Source: Promethearchaeota archaeon (lineage in GTDB: Archaea > Asgardarchaeota > Lokiarchaeia > Sigyniarchaeales > SOKP01). From it: a stretch of 64,000 nucleotides of DNA. The translations under genes were made by a program, and so were the position numbers. Numbering within the stretch: position 1 is the first letter of the stretch; the number at the start of each line of letters is the position of its first letter. The notes below the pieces were generated by a model that had not been told where the DNA came from, did not search any database, and was given only the letters and a program-made list of their open reading frames with translations. Below are positions 17,813-28,030 of the stretch, in pieces. The stretch lies in contig JAHPZE010000006.1 in the NCBI GenBank assembly GCA_019058365.1, positions 1 to 64,000 on the forward strand, written 5' to 3'.

Positions 17813-20086
17813 TTAAAAAACCTTAAGGTCTACTTCTTTCCATTCTTCATATTGATGAAAAATATGATCAATAGTTTCTAAAGTCTCAATAAGTGCATTT
17901 TTGGTTTCATCCTCCTGTTTAAAGGTATCAACTATTACATCACCAAGATCTACTTTATACTCTTGAGCAAGATCCGAAATTTTTCTTAAATCCTCTCTAT
18001 CGATACCTTTTTCTTCCAATTGATCGATAGCATGTTCAATTTCCTCTTTTAACTTAACTGTGGCATTTAAAGATTTGGAGCATTTATCAAATAATTCCTT
18101 TTCTCTATCAAGTACTAGCGTTTCTTCTTCAGAAAAATCGTGTTTTTCATTTACAACTTCAAGTCTTTCATTTAATAAATATTTCACTCGTTCATAAATC
18201 TTAATTGCCTCTGATATCTTACTTAATCCTTTTATTAAGTCTAATCTCTGGTTTAATCGTGCTTCAACTACTTTTAAGTATGCGTCTTCATAATATGTTT
18301 GGATCTTTCCAAATGTACTTTTTTCCCAATCGTTTATTCTATAATATATTTGCCTTAATTCATTATTTAGGTTAGTTATTTTTTTAGGATTTAAATCTTG
18401 ATCTGTTAACTCTCTAAAAATCTTATCAGTGTCTTGTTTTAACATTAACACTCTTAAATACATAATATGTGCTTTTTTTTCTATGTTTGTTATACTCCTT
18501 GAAGTACCTTCACGCTCACAGAATTTATATATTATTAAAGCATCATCAAGTAATTCATTAAATCTATCTTGATCTTTTCGAATATAATATTTAGAGTCTT
18601 GAACTTTTTGAATTGCCCTATCCATTTGAATTTCTAATTCGAATATATAATCAATTAAACTCACTTGTTTTCTTTCTGACAAAATTCTTGATTTATACGC
18701 CATATCTTCTTCTACTTTCCTGCTTGCTAATAACCAATAAATAGATGCAGGGATCCAAAAAAATATACTAATAAATATCATATTAAATATACTTCCAAAA
18801 ATGGAAATAAGTGTAAATGATACTAATAGTGTCACTCCTTTACTCAATTGTTCTGACAGTTTAAAAAAAGAAGCTGCTGTACCTTTATGTTCTGGCATAT
18901 TAACGTCTATCATTATTGCGCTCTTATTTGCTACAGGACCCGCGCCTAACATTGATGCTATTAAAGCAAAAATAAAGAAAATAATAAATGTGGGATATAC
19001 TACAAATATTTCACCAATAGTACGTAAGATATATAAAAAAAGTTCGTTAGTTGGAATTGGATCAGGGTAAAGGATATCTAATTTACCCGGATTAATAGGT
19101 TGTAATGAAAGTAGCATTATAATAGCAAAAGGTATTGAAAAAATCAGACATAAAGTCGCTAACCTGGCTCGATTTTTTTTATTTCGACGAAATAATGTAT
19201 CTCCTAAACGAGCAAATACACTATTTCCAAGTATATATCCGATACCAACCATACCCGCAAAAATTGTTGCTGTTTGTAATTTTATTTCATCAGGAATTTG
19301 ATAAAAAAATTGAAGCATTAACATCGAAGTCGTAAAATAGACTAATACAGTACCAGGGATAACCGTGAAGAAACCTTGAATTATTAAATAACGATTTGTT
19401 TTTTTCTGAATAATTGTTTTTAAATCCTCTTTCGAAATTCGATAACTATATTCTAAATCCAATTCAATTAGCTCTAACAATTCATCTTCACTAGCTCCGC
19501 GTTGAGGCATTTTAACAAAAAAGAGAATTATCACTACTACAACACTTATTATAGAAAGTAAAATGAAAGGAAATCGCCATGTCAATATTGGTCCAAGAAA
19601 GGAAGATAAACCTTGCCCAGCCCCATTAGATATAGAACTTAAGATTGCTAAAGTTCCAAACCAACCCGATCTCTCTTCTGGAGGTATCGCATCTGAAATT
19701 ATAGAATACCCCACTGGTAATACACATCCTAATCCGGCACCACATGCTACTCTAGAAATTACTAACATAAGATAAGTACTTGAAAAAGCAGTTAACATCA
19801 TCCCAATAGTCCATGAAAAAGCTCCAGACATAATAACTATAGTTCTGTTTATTCGATCAGTATAATACCCCCAAAGTAAAGCAAAAAAAGCACTGATCAA
19901 TACAAAAAAAGCATCAGGGACGGCAATTAATGCTTGTGGAATTTTAAACTCTTTTTGGATCGCAACATAACTAGGAATAAGCATATTAGCGCATGCTGTT
20001 GATATGAAAAGCAACACCATGACTAAGATGATAGGTGCCAGATCTTTGAATTTCACCTTAGTTAGTTGAAATTTTCCAATAAGCAA
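17813..20086 (-). CDS. MFS transporter (spinster-like) fused to an approximately 300-aa soluble helical C-terminal domain
   Basis: motif A WGYYTDRINR, ISRVACGAG, SIISDAIPPEERS, about 12 TMs to aa ~455, then a charged helical tail. Confidence 0.85.
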   Translation of the reverse strand: MLIGKFQLTKVKFKDLAPIILVMVLLFISTACANMLIPSYVAIQKEFKIPQALIAVPDAFFVLISAFFALLWGYYTDRINRTIVIMSGAFSWTIGMMLTAFSSTYLMLVISRVACGAGLGCVLPVGYSIISDAIPPEERSGWFGTLAILSSISNGAGQGLSSFLGPILTWRFPFILLSIISVVVVIILFFVKMPQRGASEDELLELIELDLEYSYRISKEDLKTIIQKKTNRYLIIQGFFTVIPGTVLVYFTTSMLMLQFFYQIPDEIKLQTATIFAGMVGIGYILGNSVFARLGDTLFRRNKKNRARLATLCLIFSIPFAIIMLLSLQPINPGKLDILYPDPIPTNELFLYILRTIGEIFVVYPTFIIFFIFALIASMLGAGPVANKSAIMIDVNMPEHKGTAASFFKLSEQLSKGVTLLVSFTLISIFGSIFNMIFISIFFWIPASIYWLLASRKVEEDMAYKSRILSERKQVSLIDYIFELEIQMDRAIQKVQDSKYYIRKDQDRFNELLDDALIIYKFCEREGTSRSITNIEKKAHIMYLRVLMLKQDTDKIFRELTDQDLNPKKITNLNNELRQIYYRINDWEKSTFGKIQTYYEDAYLKVVEARLNQRLDLIKGLSKISEAIKIYERVKYLLNERLEVVNEKHDFSEEETLVLDREKELFDKCSKSLNATVKLKEEIEHAIDQLEEKGIDREDLRKISDLAQEYKVDLGDVIVDTFKQEDETKNALIETLETIDHIFHQYEEWKEVDLKVF

Positions 20087-20146
20087 TTACCACTATAATG
20101 TGATTATAATAAATAGCATTTGAGCCTTAAAAAAATTTACAATGAT

Positions 20147-20833
20147 TTATTCTAATGATAAGTAATAATCCATAGTTGCATCAACATGAATCTGTAACGT
20201 GTCAAATAATTTAATTTCTGTATCATTTTGAGTTAATATTAACGGTAATTCAGTACACCCTAAAATAGCACCATCTACTTGGTATTCATTGATAATCTGA
20301 AGTAATTTTTTTTTGGATTCTTGCTCAAAGAAACCAATTACTAATTCATCGAATATTATTTTATCTATTACATCTTGCTCATCATTAGAAGGTGTTATAA
20401 CCTCGACACCTATTTTTTTGAAATAATCTTGATAAAAAGTGTTTTGCATCGTAAATTTTATTCCAAGAAGCAATAATTTTTTCATTTTTTCTTTCTTTGC
20501 TTTTTCAGCTGTCGCTTTCACGATACTCAAAATTGGTACTTCCGATAAATTCTCCAAATCATTATATACTGCATGCGGTGAATTTGCTGCCATTACTATA
20601 AAAGTAACTCCTCCGTTTTCTAGTGATTTAATAGCACTCATTAAATATTCAATGTATTTTTCTTTATTTCCCCCAAGTTCATAATCAATAAGTTTCTGGA
20701 AATTCACACTGAAAATTATAACTTCAGGATAATTAAAATCATTGAACTTCTCATAATACTTTTCTAGAAGTAAATCATAATACTTAATTGTAGATTCATA
20801 GGACATACCTCCCAAAATTCCTATTCTATTCAT
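20147..20833 (-). CDS. Asp/Glu racemase family (RacX/YgeA-like)
   Basis: IGILGGMSYEST, MAANSPH, LLGIKFTM, ILGCTELP. Confidence 0.9.
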   Translation of the reverse strand: MNRIGILGGMSYESTIKYYDLLLEKYYEKFNDFNYPEVIIFSVNFQKLIDYELGGNKEKYIEYLMSAIKSLENGGVTFIVMAANSPHAVYNDLENLSEVPILSIVKATAEKAKKEKMKKLLLLGIKFTMQNTFYQDYFKKIGVEVITPSNDEQDVIDKIIFDELVIGFFEQESKKKLLQIINEYQVDGAILGCTELPLILTQNDTEIKLFDTLQIHVDATMDYYLSLE

Positions 20834-20886
20834 TTATATTGATATCACTTCCGTAATCTTCTATTTAAAACTTTTTTTTATATCTA

Positions 20887-21444
20887 TTAATAATAGAATC
20901 TATTGGTAATAACTTTCCCCCTTTCAGAAATCTCTATTCCTTCGAATTCTAACAACATGCGTTTCATTTTTATTCCACCTTGATATCCCCCGAGCTCACC
21001 ATTTGTTTTAATTGCTCGATGACAAGGAATCACGATCGGAAATGGATTTCTGGCAAGTGCGTTTCCAACGACTCTAGCTCCATTAATTATATCGATATGG
21101 GTTGCTATTCGTTTGTAGGTACTAATATACCCTCTAGGTATCCCGTATTCTGCTAAAAGCACTCTTTTTTGCACCTCTAAACACTTATTAAAATCAACTA
21201 GCTCTAAATCAAATTCTACTATTTCACCTCTAAAGAACTGTTGTATTTTCTCACCTAGCAATGTTATCGAAGAAGAAGATTTCGACTTTATGTGCTTGAA
21301 AGATTTCAGAGCCTTAACTTTCGAGTTGAGTTTAGCATCACTAAGAAATATACGTTGCACTTTTAGTTCGGAGCCTGTTCCTTTCCATACAATTGTAAAT
21401 GAATCAAAAGGGGAAGAAAATGTATCATAAAATGGATACTCCAT
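20887..21444 (-). CDS. ogt: methylated-DNA--protein-cysteine methyltransferase
   Basis: IPRG..STY, ARVVGNALARNP, IPCHR active site, GGY.GG..MKRMLL. Confidence 0.95.
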   Translation of the reverse strand: MEYPFYDTFSSPFDSFTIVWKGTGSELKVQRIFLSDAKLNSKVKALKSFKHIKSKSSSSITLLGEKIQQFFRGEIVEFDLELVDFNKCLEVQKRVLLAEYGIPRGYISTYKRIATHIDIINGARVVGNALARNPFPIVIPCHRAIKTNGELGGYQGGIKMKRMLLEFEGIEISERGKVITNRFYY

Positions 21445-21582
21445 GCCTTTTCATCATAATCAATAAAATAAAAGTTTTTTCTATTAATATTCTTCATGAA
21501 ATCATCGTTAAACGTTATTTCATGGTAATATGAAGGATCGCTAAAACTTGACATATTTAATATGTTCTATGTTAAAAAATAT

Positions 21583-22854
21583 CTAGGTTCTCAACAATAA
21601 ATTTGGATCCTTCTTCTTAATTGTCATTATATCTCCAAATTTTATTTCTTTAAAATTTTTGAGATGACAAACCCAGCAAAATTTGTTATTTAGTGAATTT
21701 ATATTGCCACAATTAGAACAGACTTTAAAGTCTTCTGAATGTGTGAAAATATGTTTTACTTTGTAATACCCTTTTAGTTCCCATTCCAAATTTCTTAAAC
21801 TTTTTAAATAATTTATAAAGAAATCAAATAATTTAAGGTTATCTAAGGTTCTTCCTATTTTCTTAAAATTTTTCCCACATAAAATACTTGATAATTGAAT
21901 TATCGCGTTAATTGTAGGTGTGGACAAATTTAAAAACTTAGCTAATGATGCAACTGGTACAAGCCCCGTTGGTACATCTTCTGTAAAGTATCTTGTAATC
22001 AATTTATCAGGAGCATTTATATTTTTGTATGCTTCGACTTTTTGAATAGATTCATAGATCTTATTTGTATTAACACCATAGGATTTTTTTACCCATTTAT
22101 GATATTTTAATTGTTTTAATCCTAACTTCAAAAAAATTTCATTTAGCTCTAATTCAATATTTTCAAGTACTTCACATACTCGTGGAGTAGCTCCCTCTTT
22201 ATAAAACTTGAATTCTTTACCAAAATCCATCATACCCGCATTTAATAAAGATATTGCTGGATGTAATATCATTCCTATATTGTTTAAGGTCACTTCTAGG
22301 TAATTATCAACAGGAATAATTTGAGGAAATATTTCTTTTAATATATCATATACTAAATATGTAAATTCATCAGGAAAAGTTGAAAAAGTAACTTTTTCTT
22401 TAATTGTAATTATATTAACTTCGTTTCCAGCTAATTCTCTTGAAGTAAAAAGGAGCGTTTGAGTCTCACCAATTCTAATAAGATTTTTCCCTTTTATATT
22501 ATCAATAATTCCTTTAACTTCTACTGAGCCAAAGGTTCTTCCTGGATTTAAAATTATGATTTGATTAGAGGATAATATAGGAGCCAATTCTTTTGCAATA
22601 CTTTTATGAGCAGAAGCAGGGATAACGATAAATATTACATCTGCGTCCTTTATTGCCAATTTTAAGTTTTGTGTAATTAATTCAAGAGGAAAAAATCCTT
22701 CTAATACACCCTTTGCTTTAATTCCTCCTTTTCGTATAATGGAACTTATTCTTGAATAAGAACGGTTATATAAGGAGACAGGAAATCCTTTTGAAGAAAT
22801 ATAGGCTGCAAATGCTCTACCACCTGATCCTGCCCCAATAACGCAAAATCTCAC
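21583..22854 (-). CDS. NAD/NADP octopine/nopaline (opine) dehydrogenase family protein with C-terminal zinc ribbon
   Basis: VIGAGSGG Rossmann motif, NPGRTFG, ETQTL, NIGMILHP, FYKEG, RYFTEDVPTGL; tail CSNC..CWVC. Confidence 0.9.
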   Translation of the reverse strand: MRFCVIGAGSGGRAFAAYISSKGFPVSLYNRSYSRISSIIRKGGIKAKGVLEGFFPLELITQNLKLAIKDADVIFIVIPASAHKSIAKELAPILSSNQIIILNPGRTFGSVEVKGIIDNIKGKNLIRIGETQTLLFTSRELAGNEVNIITIKEKVTFSTFPDEFTYLVYDILKEIFPQIIPVDNYLEVTLNNIGMILHPAISLLNAGMMDFGKEFKFYKEGATPRVCEVLENIELELNEIFLKLGLKQLKYHKWVKKSYGVNTNKIYESIQKVEAYKNINAPDKLITRYFTEDVPTGLVPVASLAKFLNLSTPTINAIIQLSSILCGKNFKKIGRTLDNLKLFDFFINYLKSLRNLEWELKGYYKVKHIFTHSEDFKVCSNCGNINSLNNKFCWVCHLKNFKEIKFGDIMTIKKKDPNLLLRT

Positions 22855-24596
22855 TCATTCATCACCTTACTATAAAAAAATTCTTTTTGAAATTTATCTT
22901 CTGATATTGATATATTAGGCTGCTTTTCGATGATATTTTTAATCCTTTCTCTTTCATCAATTATCTTTTGGTCTTTAATGTCCCAAGAATAACATGCACC
23001 ATTAATAATTTTCGTTTTAATTTGACCTAATGCAAATTGATTATTTTTTAACTGAGGAGCATCAAAAATTCCATAATCTACGAGCCTATTTAGAACTTTA
23101 TGGTTTATCCATGGATTTTTTTGTTCCTCATTTGTTTTCACTAAGCAAGGAATCAAATTTATAATCCATTGGGCTTCTCTTATTAAATCTTCTTTTCTTT
23201 TCCTAATTTTCTCATCAATAAAATTTAATTTACTGGTAAACGAAGTATTAATTACTTGATCCACAATATTGCAACTTTCAATAATATCCTCTGGACGAGC
23301 AGCATGACTCGCTTCAGAATAACTAACAACATGAACAATATCAGGTTTTATTGCTAATTGTATTAATGTAGCTACAGCTAACTGTCCTTTAGCTTTATTT
23401 AAATCAATTGGAAAACTTGCCAATCCTGTTCTAACTTGTTTTATTAATGAAAATGAAGGGTCTACTAAGGTAAGAAGAAGTTCATCTTTAGCTAAAATTT
23501 TAGCGAAATCCATGTCAAGCGAGCTTGAAGGTGGAGTATTAAACATATATTGTGCTATAAAATATTTAACACCTAATTTCTTTGCTATAATTCCTGATAA
23601 ATACATATCCGCAACAGCGATTGCATCTGGGGCATCTCTTAGACTCCAATGGTGAGGATCGTTTATCTCTACGGGCACATCATTTTCAGCATACCATTTA
23701 ATTGTATTTAAGTGTTGTTTTATAGATTCTTTTAAGGTTAGAGGTCCTCTCCCATCCATCTGGTTAAACCAGAAAATAGGAATAGCTGCCCAAGCATTTT
23801 TTATTGTGCGTTGATACATTTCAGCAAGCTTTATGAAGTCTCTTGTTCCGGCATATATTCTTAGTAAAGGACGATTTCCCGTTAATCTTGCTTTATGTAA
23901 TTTAAGAAAATCCTCCTCGGTTCTTAAAGGAACACCCCCAGCTCCAGATAACTCTTGAATTTGCTCATCGGGATGAAAATAATTAGCCTGCGTGTTTTGA
24001 TCAGGGGCAATGGAAATCACATCTAAGACTTCAGCTTTCGCAATTATTTGTATTCCTCTTACTGTTTCTTCAAAATTAGATAATCCAAAATGCGCTCTAA
24101 TTATTGGATATGGTTTTTTCCATTCTATTCTTGATATTAAATCCATTGGAATTTCTAAATTCTTTTTAAGAATATCTTTCTCATCTTTTAAAATTGAGAT
24201 TACTCTATGTTTTGATTCGCCTCCTATGAAGTATGCATCAAACTTATTAAAATTTTTCACAATATTGATAACTTCTGAAGTTCCTGCGAAGTATAACTTC
24301 TTAGGTTTGTTTTCTATTTTTTCAAAATTTTTAAAAAAATTCTTAAGTAATGGTTTTACGGTTAATGGGGTAAGACGATAGCTTAATCCAACAATTTCAG
24401 GATTGTACTTTTGAATTTCACTTATCAATTTCCAAATTTGGGTTGCTGGACCTAAAAATTTACATTCATAACCAAGTTGAGTAGCAATGCTCATGAAATT
24501 ATAAGCCCCCGCAACATGTACACATTGACCTATGCATGCAATTAATATCTTTTTGTTTTTTCTACTTTTTGAATGTTGTATTATATTTTTTTTCAA
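22851..24596 (-). CDS. cobalamin-binding domain + large TIM-barrel-like domain protein (uncharacterised B12 enzyme)
   Basis: GQCVHVAG (DxHxxG-like), LGPA, VGLSYRL, FAGT B12-binding pattern; IIRAHFG, DVISIAPDQ, GAGGVP, HHWSLRDA; GGGGTGA RBS before TTG. Confidence 0.85.
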   Translation of the reverse strand: MKKNIIQHSKSRKNKKILIACIGQCVHVAGAYNFMSIATQLGYECKFLGPATQIWKLISEIQKYNPEIVGLSYRLTPLTVKPLLKNFFKNFEKIENKPKKLYFAGTSEVINIVKNFNKFDAYFIGGESKHRVISILKDEKDILKKNLEIPMDLISRIEWKKPYPIIRAHFGLSNFEETVRGIQIIAKAEVLDVISIAPDQNTQANYFHPDEQIQELSGAGGVPLRTEEDFLKLHKARLTGNRPLLRIYAGTRDFIKLAEMYQRTIKNAWAAIPIFWFNQMDGRGPLTLKESIKQHLNTIKWYAENDVPVEINDPHHWSLRDAPDAIAVADMYLSGIIAKKLGVKYFIAQYMFNTPPSSSLDMDFAKILAKDELLLTLVDPSFSLIKQVRTGLASFPIDLNKAKGQLAVATLIQLAIKPDIVHVVSYSEASHAARPEDIIESCNIVDQVINTSFTSKLNFIDEKIRKRKEDLIREAQWIINLIPCLVKTNEEQKNPWINHKVLNRLVDYGIFDAPQLKNNQFALGQIKTKIINGACYSWDIKDQKIIDERERIKNIIEKQPNISISEDKFQKEFFYSKVMNE

Positions 24597-25177
24597 AATA
24601 TCACCCCCTATTTCTTTAGGAGTATAAAAGAGAAGAATTTCAAAACTTATTCATAAAATCGATTTCTGCTAACTACACAATTCGATCTTTTTAAGTTAAG
24701 AATAAACAATTTTTTCACGTTAAGTTGATTTTTCACAAATTTTAAAGCTCAACCTATTTAACTAGTAAAAACTTAGATATTTAAGCATTTCGATTATTTA
24801 AATATGAATTAACCAATTGATTATTTAAATAAATATTCGTTTCAATTAAATCCGTTTGTATATAGATGAAATAATTTAAAAATTAAGATAATTTCAATTA
24901 TGATACTTTTTTTTAGGTTTTACATACAAGTTTGGGATTCATCGGATTTTTTCTTAGGATCTTATTTTTAAGGAAATTTAAAAAAATTTTGACTCATGTA
25001 TTTAATATGAAAATTTAAAGAATATTCATCGTTTCCCGTATTTCTGTATATCTTCATATATTATCCTAGGATCTAACGGAGAGAATATGAACAAAATCTA
25101 AATTTTAGATTCTTCAATAATCATTTAACCTATAGGCAATTTGTCTAATTATTAATAAACCTTAAGGTCAAAAATTA

Positions 25178-25960
25178 ATGAAACCACATCATAAAAATGC
25201 TATAGATAAATTAGTTGAGAAAATTAAAGAAGATGAGAGGTTTTTAGCACTTATAATTGCCGGATCAATCGCAAAAGGTATGGAAAGGGAAGATTCTGAT
25301 ATTGATGTAATTCTTGTTGCAACTGATGAAGAATTTGAAAAAAGAAAAAGGAGAAATAGATATTTATATTATGAAACTCAGTTTTGTGATTATCCTGGAG
25401 GGTATATTGATGGTAAAATTGTTAATTTTCAATTCTTAGAAACTATAGCAGAAAGGGGTAGTGAACCTGCTAGAGATGCATTTAATTCTGCATGGATTGC
25501 TTATTCTAAAATTCCTCAACTTGAAGAGTTATTGAAAAAAATACCCATTTTTCAGAAAGAGGAAAAATTAGAAAAAATTAAGAAATTTTATGCTCAATTT
25601 GAAATTGCTAATTGGTTCGTTAAAGAAGCTGAAAGGAGAAATGATAATTATTTATTAACTCGAGCAGCAACGGATCTTATTTTATTTGGAGGGAGGTTAA
25701 TCCTTGAACATAATGAGATATTGTATCCATTTCACAAATTATTTATGGAAATCTTAGATCAAGCTCCTGACAAACCAGAAAATTTAATGAAACTCATAGA
25801 AAAGCTATTGAACAATAAAAATTCTCAAAATGCACAAGCTCTTTTTAATGCTATTAAAGATTTTAGAAAATGGGAAATTCGAGAATTGTCACCAATTCGT
25901 TTTATGATTGATACTGAATGGGCTTGGTTTGAAGGAAAATCATATGTAGGAGATCTCTAA
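25178..25960 (+). CDS. nucleotidyltransferase domain protein
   Basis: IIAGSIAKG..REDSDIDVILV, YIDGK. Confidence 0.85.
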   Translation: MKPHHKNAIDKLVEKIKEDERFLALIIAGSIAKGMEREDSDIDVILVATDEEFEKRKRRNRYLYYETQFCDYPGGYIDGKIVNFQFLETIAERGSEPARDAFNSAWIAYSKIPQLEELLKKIPIFQKEEKLEKIKKFYAQFEIANWFVKEAERRNDNYLLTRAATDLILFGGRLILEHNEILYPFHKLFMEILDQAPDKPENLMKLIEKLLNNKNSQNAQALFNAIKDFRKWEIRELSPIRFMIDTEWAWFEGKSYVGDL

Positions 25961-26184
25961 TATTAATTTTCAGTAATAGAATTTTAATGTTTTTAATTTT
26001 CGTAATAAAGTAAGTTGATTATTGTTTGATAATTTCTCAAAAATATGATAAAATCAAATTTATAGTAAATAAATAATTTAAATACCTACATCTCAAATAG
26101 AATGAATTTTAAGTAAGAACTTAATTTTCTATCAATACAAATTCCAAAAATACAAATATTCCTTTTAACGCCATTGCTAAAAAA

Positions 26185-27504
26185 ATGTTAAAATCAAATA
26201 ATTCGAAGGAAACTGATTCTAAGATAACTCCTGACTTTATTCCAATGATTAGAATAGTTTTTTGGAATAGTTTAGGGTTCTTCTTTTTTACATTTTTAAT
26301 TCCATATGTTACAGCTCAACTCTTTGAGGCTTCAGGTACCGAAATGGGTCTAACATTCGCAAGTCAAACACTTGGAGGCTTAATAAGCACACCGATTGTA
26401 GGATATCTCACTGATAAAGTATCTAAGAAACTTTTAGTATTAATAGGGAGTTTTGGTAGAGCTGCATGTTATATCCTTATGTATATTGGAATAATTCTTT
26501 CTTCTTTGATAATATTTGCAATAGGGCTCTTTATACTCGGGTTTTTTGTTGGATTTTTTTGGAGTCCTTTAAATGCATTGATTTCAGAGAAATCCCATAA
26601 GACATTTCGTTCCTCCGCATTTGGGAAACAAGGTGGAATGCTTGGTAAAGGAAATTTAGTAGGATCAATTGTTAGTTTTCTTATTTTTGGAGTAGCAAAC
26701 TTTTATGTACCGAGTAATAAATTTATAGTTTATTTTCCCTTAATTTTATTTACAATCTCTAATATCTACGCAGGAATTGTATTTCATAAGAATGTAGACG
26801 AAAATTTAACATATGACATGCATTTCAATCAGGTAAACTTATCAACAGAGAAAATAATTGATAAAATTTCAATTGATGTAAAAAAAGAAACTAATAATAC
26901 TTCTCTAAAATTATCTCTTGGTTTTCTTATAGGTTTTATCATTTTAATAACTGCTTTTATGACAAGTAGTGCAAATCAAACAATAGCTCCACCTTTTTTT
27001 CAAGTTTATTTAATAAATGAGTTAAAAGTAACTGACGCAACATTGGTAATGATTATTTATTTCCCTAGTCAAATAATATCATTGTTACTCGCTCCACGGA
27101 TGGGTAAAATAGCTGATAGAATTAAACCTCAAATAGCTATAATCTTTATAAGTGGATTCGGAGCTCTTGTGACATGGCTTATTGTAAATAGTTCATCTGG
27201 ATTAATGTTTGGGATTATTTTAACATTTGATGTTACATTATCTTGGGCAAGCTCGTTAGTATTACAAAATGTACTAAGTCGCATATCTAAAGGACATCGA
27301 GGTAAAATATTTGGTATGACTCAATGGATGAGTTTCCTTGGAGCTATCTTAGGTCCTATTGTAGGAGGATTAGCATGGGATCACTTAGGACCACAAGCAC
27401 CATTTATAATATCCATATTTATAGAATTGTCTGTGATACCACTATACATTACAGCTATAAAGATATTGAAACCATATATGGCAGAAAAAATAGAAGAATC
27501 TTAA
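26185..27504 (+). CDS. MFS transporter
   Basis: 12 TMs, GYLTDKVSKK and GKIADRIKP motif A copies, GPIVGG. Confidence 0.93.
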   Translation: MLKSNNSKETDSKITPDFIPMIRIVFWNSLGFFFFTFLIPYVTAQLFEASGTEMGLTFASQTLGGLISTPIVGYLTDKVSKKLLVLIGSFGRAACYILMYIGIILSSLIIFAIGLFILGFFVGFFWSPLNALISEKSHKTFRSSAFGKQGGMLGKGNLVGSIVSFLIFGVANFYVPSNKFIVYFPLILFTISNIYAGIVFHKNVDENLTYDMHFNQVNLSTEKIIDKISIDVKKETNNTSLKLSLGFLIGFIILITAFMTSSANQTIAPPFFQVYLINELKVTDATLVMIIYFPSQIISLLLAPRMGKIADRIKPQIAIIFISGFGALVTWLIVNSSSGLMFGIILTFDVTLSWASSLVLQNVLSRISKGHRGKIFGMTQWMSFLGAILGPIVGGLAWDHLGPQAPFIISIFIELSVIPLYITAIKILKPYMAEKIEES

Positions 27505-27639
27505 AAGAAATTTTTAAACAAAATTACAGACCACAATTACATCTTCTCTTATTTGATAAAGAGTATCAGCTAATTGGTTAAATTTAATTTTAAGATTCAA
27601 TTTTATAAAAATTTCCAATTTTTAGTAAAAATTTTGGAA

Positions 27640-27837
27640 TCATCTTTCACATACTCGATTTAATCTCCCAGCTAATCCATTTATAAAGCCAAGTAATATG
27701 CCAAATTGTATCGTTTCATCATCAAACTCCTCGATTTTTCCAAATACACCATTTATTCGATCACAAACATCTTCAATAAATTGTTCTACGGTTTTAATAT
27801 CTTTACCCAAGATGGTTTTTTCTCCATTAATTTTCAT
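27640..27837 (-). CDS. small hypothetical protein
   Basis: 65-aa ATG ORF with protein-like composition. Confidence 0.6.
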   Translation of the reverse strand: MKINGEKTILGKDIKTVEQFIEDVCDRINGVFGKIEEFDDETIQFGILLGFINGLAGRLNRVCER

Positions 27838-28030
27838 AATTTAGATTTTCCATAATTTAATTTTTGTCTAATATTTTTATTGAATCCTTATAAAAGAAAA
27901 AGATTTTAACTTAATGAGTGCTGAATTTTTCTATAACACCAATTATTTTCGAAGAAATATATATTTATTATCTCAAAATAATAAAATTTAATTATTTGGG
28001 AGTGTTTTTTAAAAATATTAGGAACATCAT

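Noticed and set aside
24900-25100. Possible decayed gene in the long intergenic region
   Set aside because: Only short open fragments, with no recognisable motif
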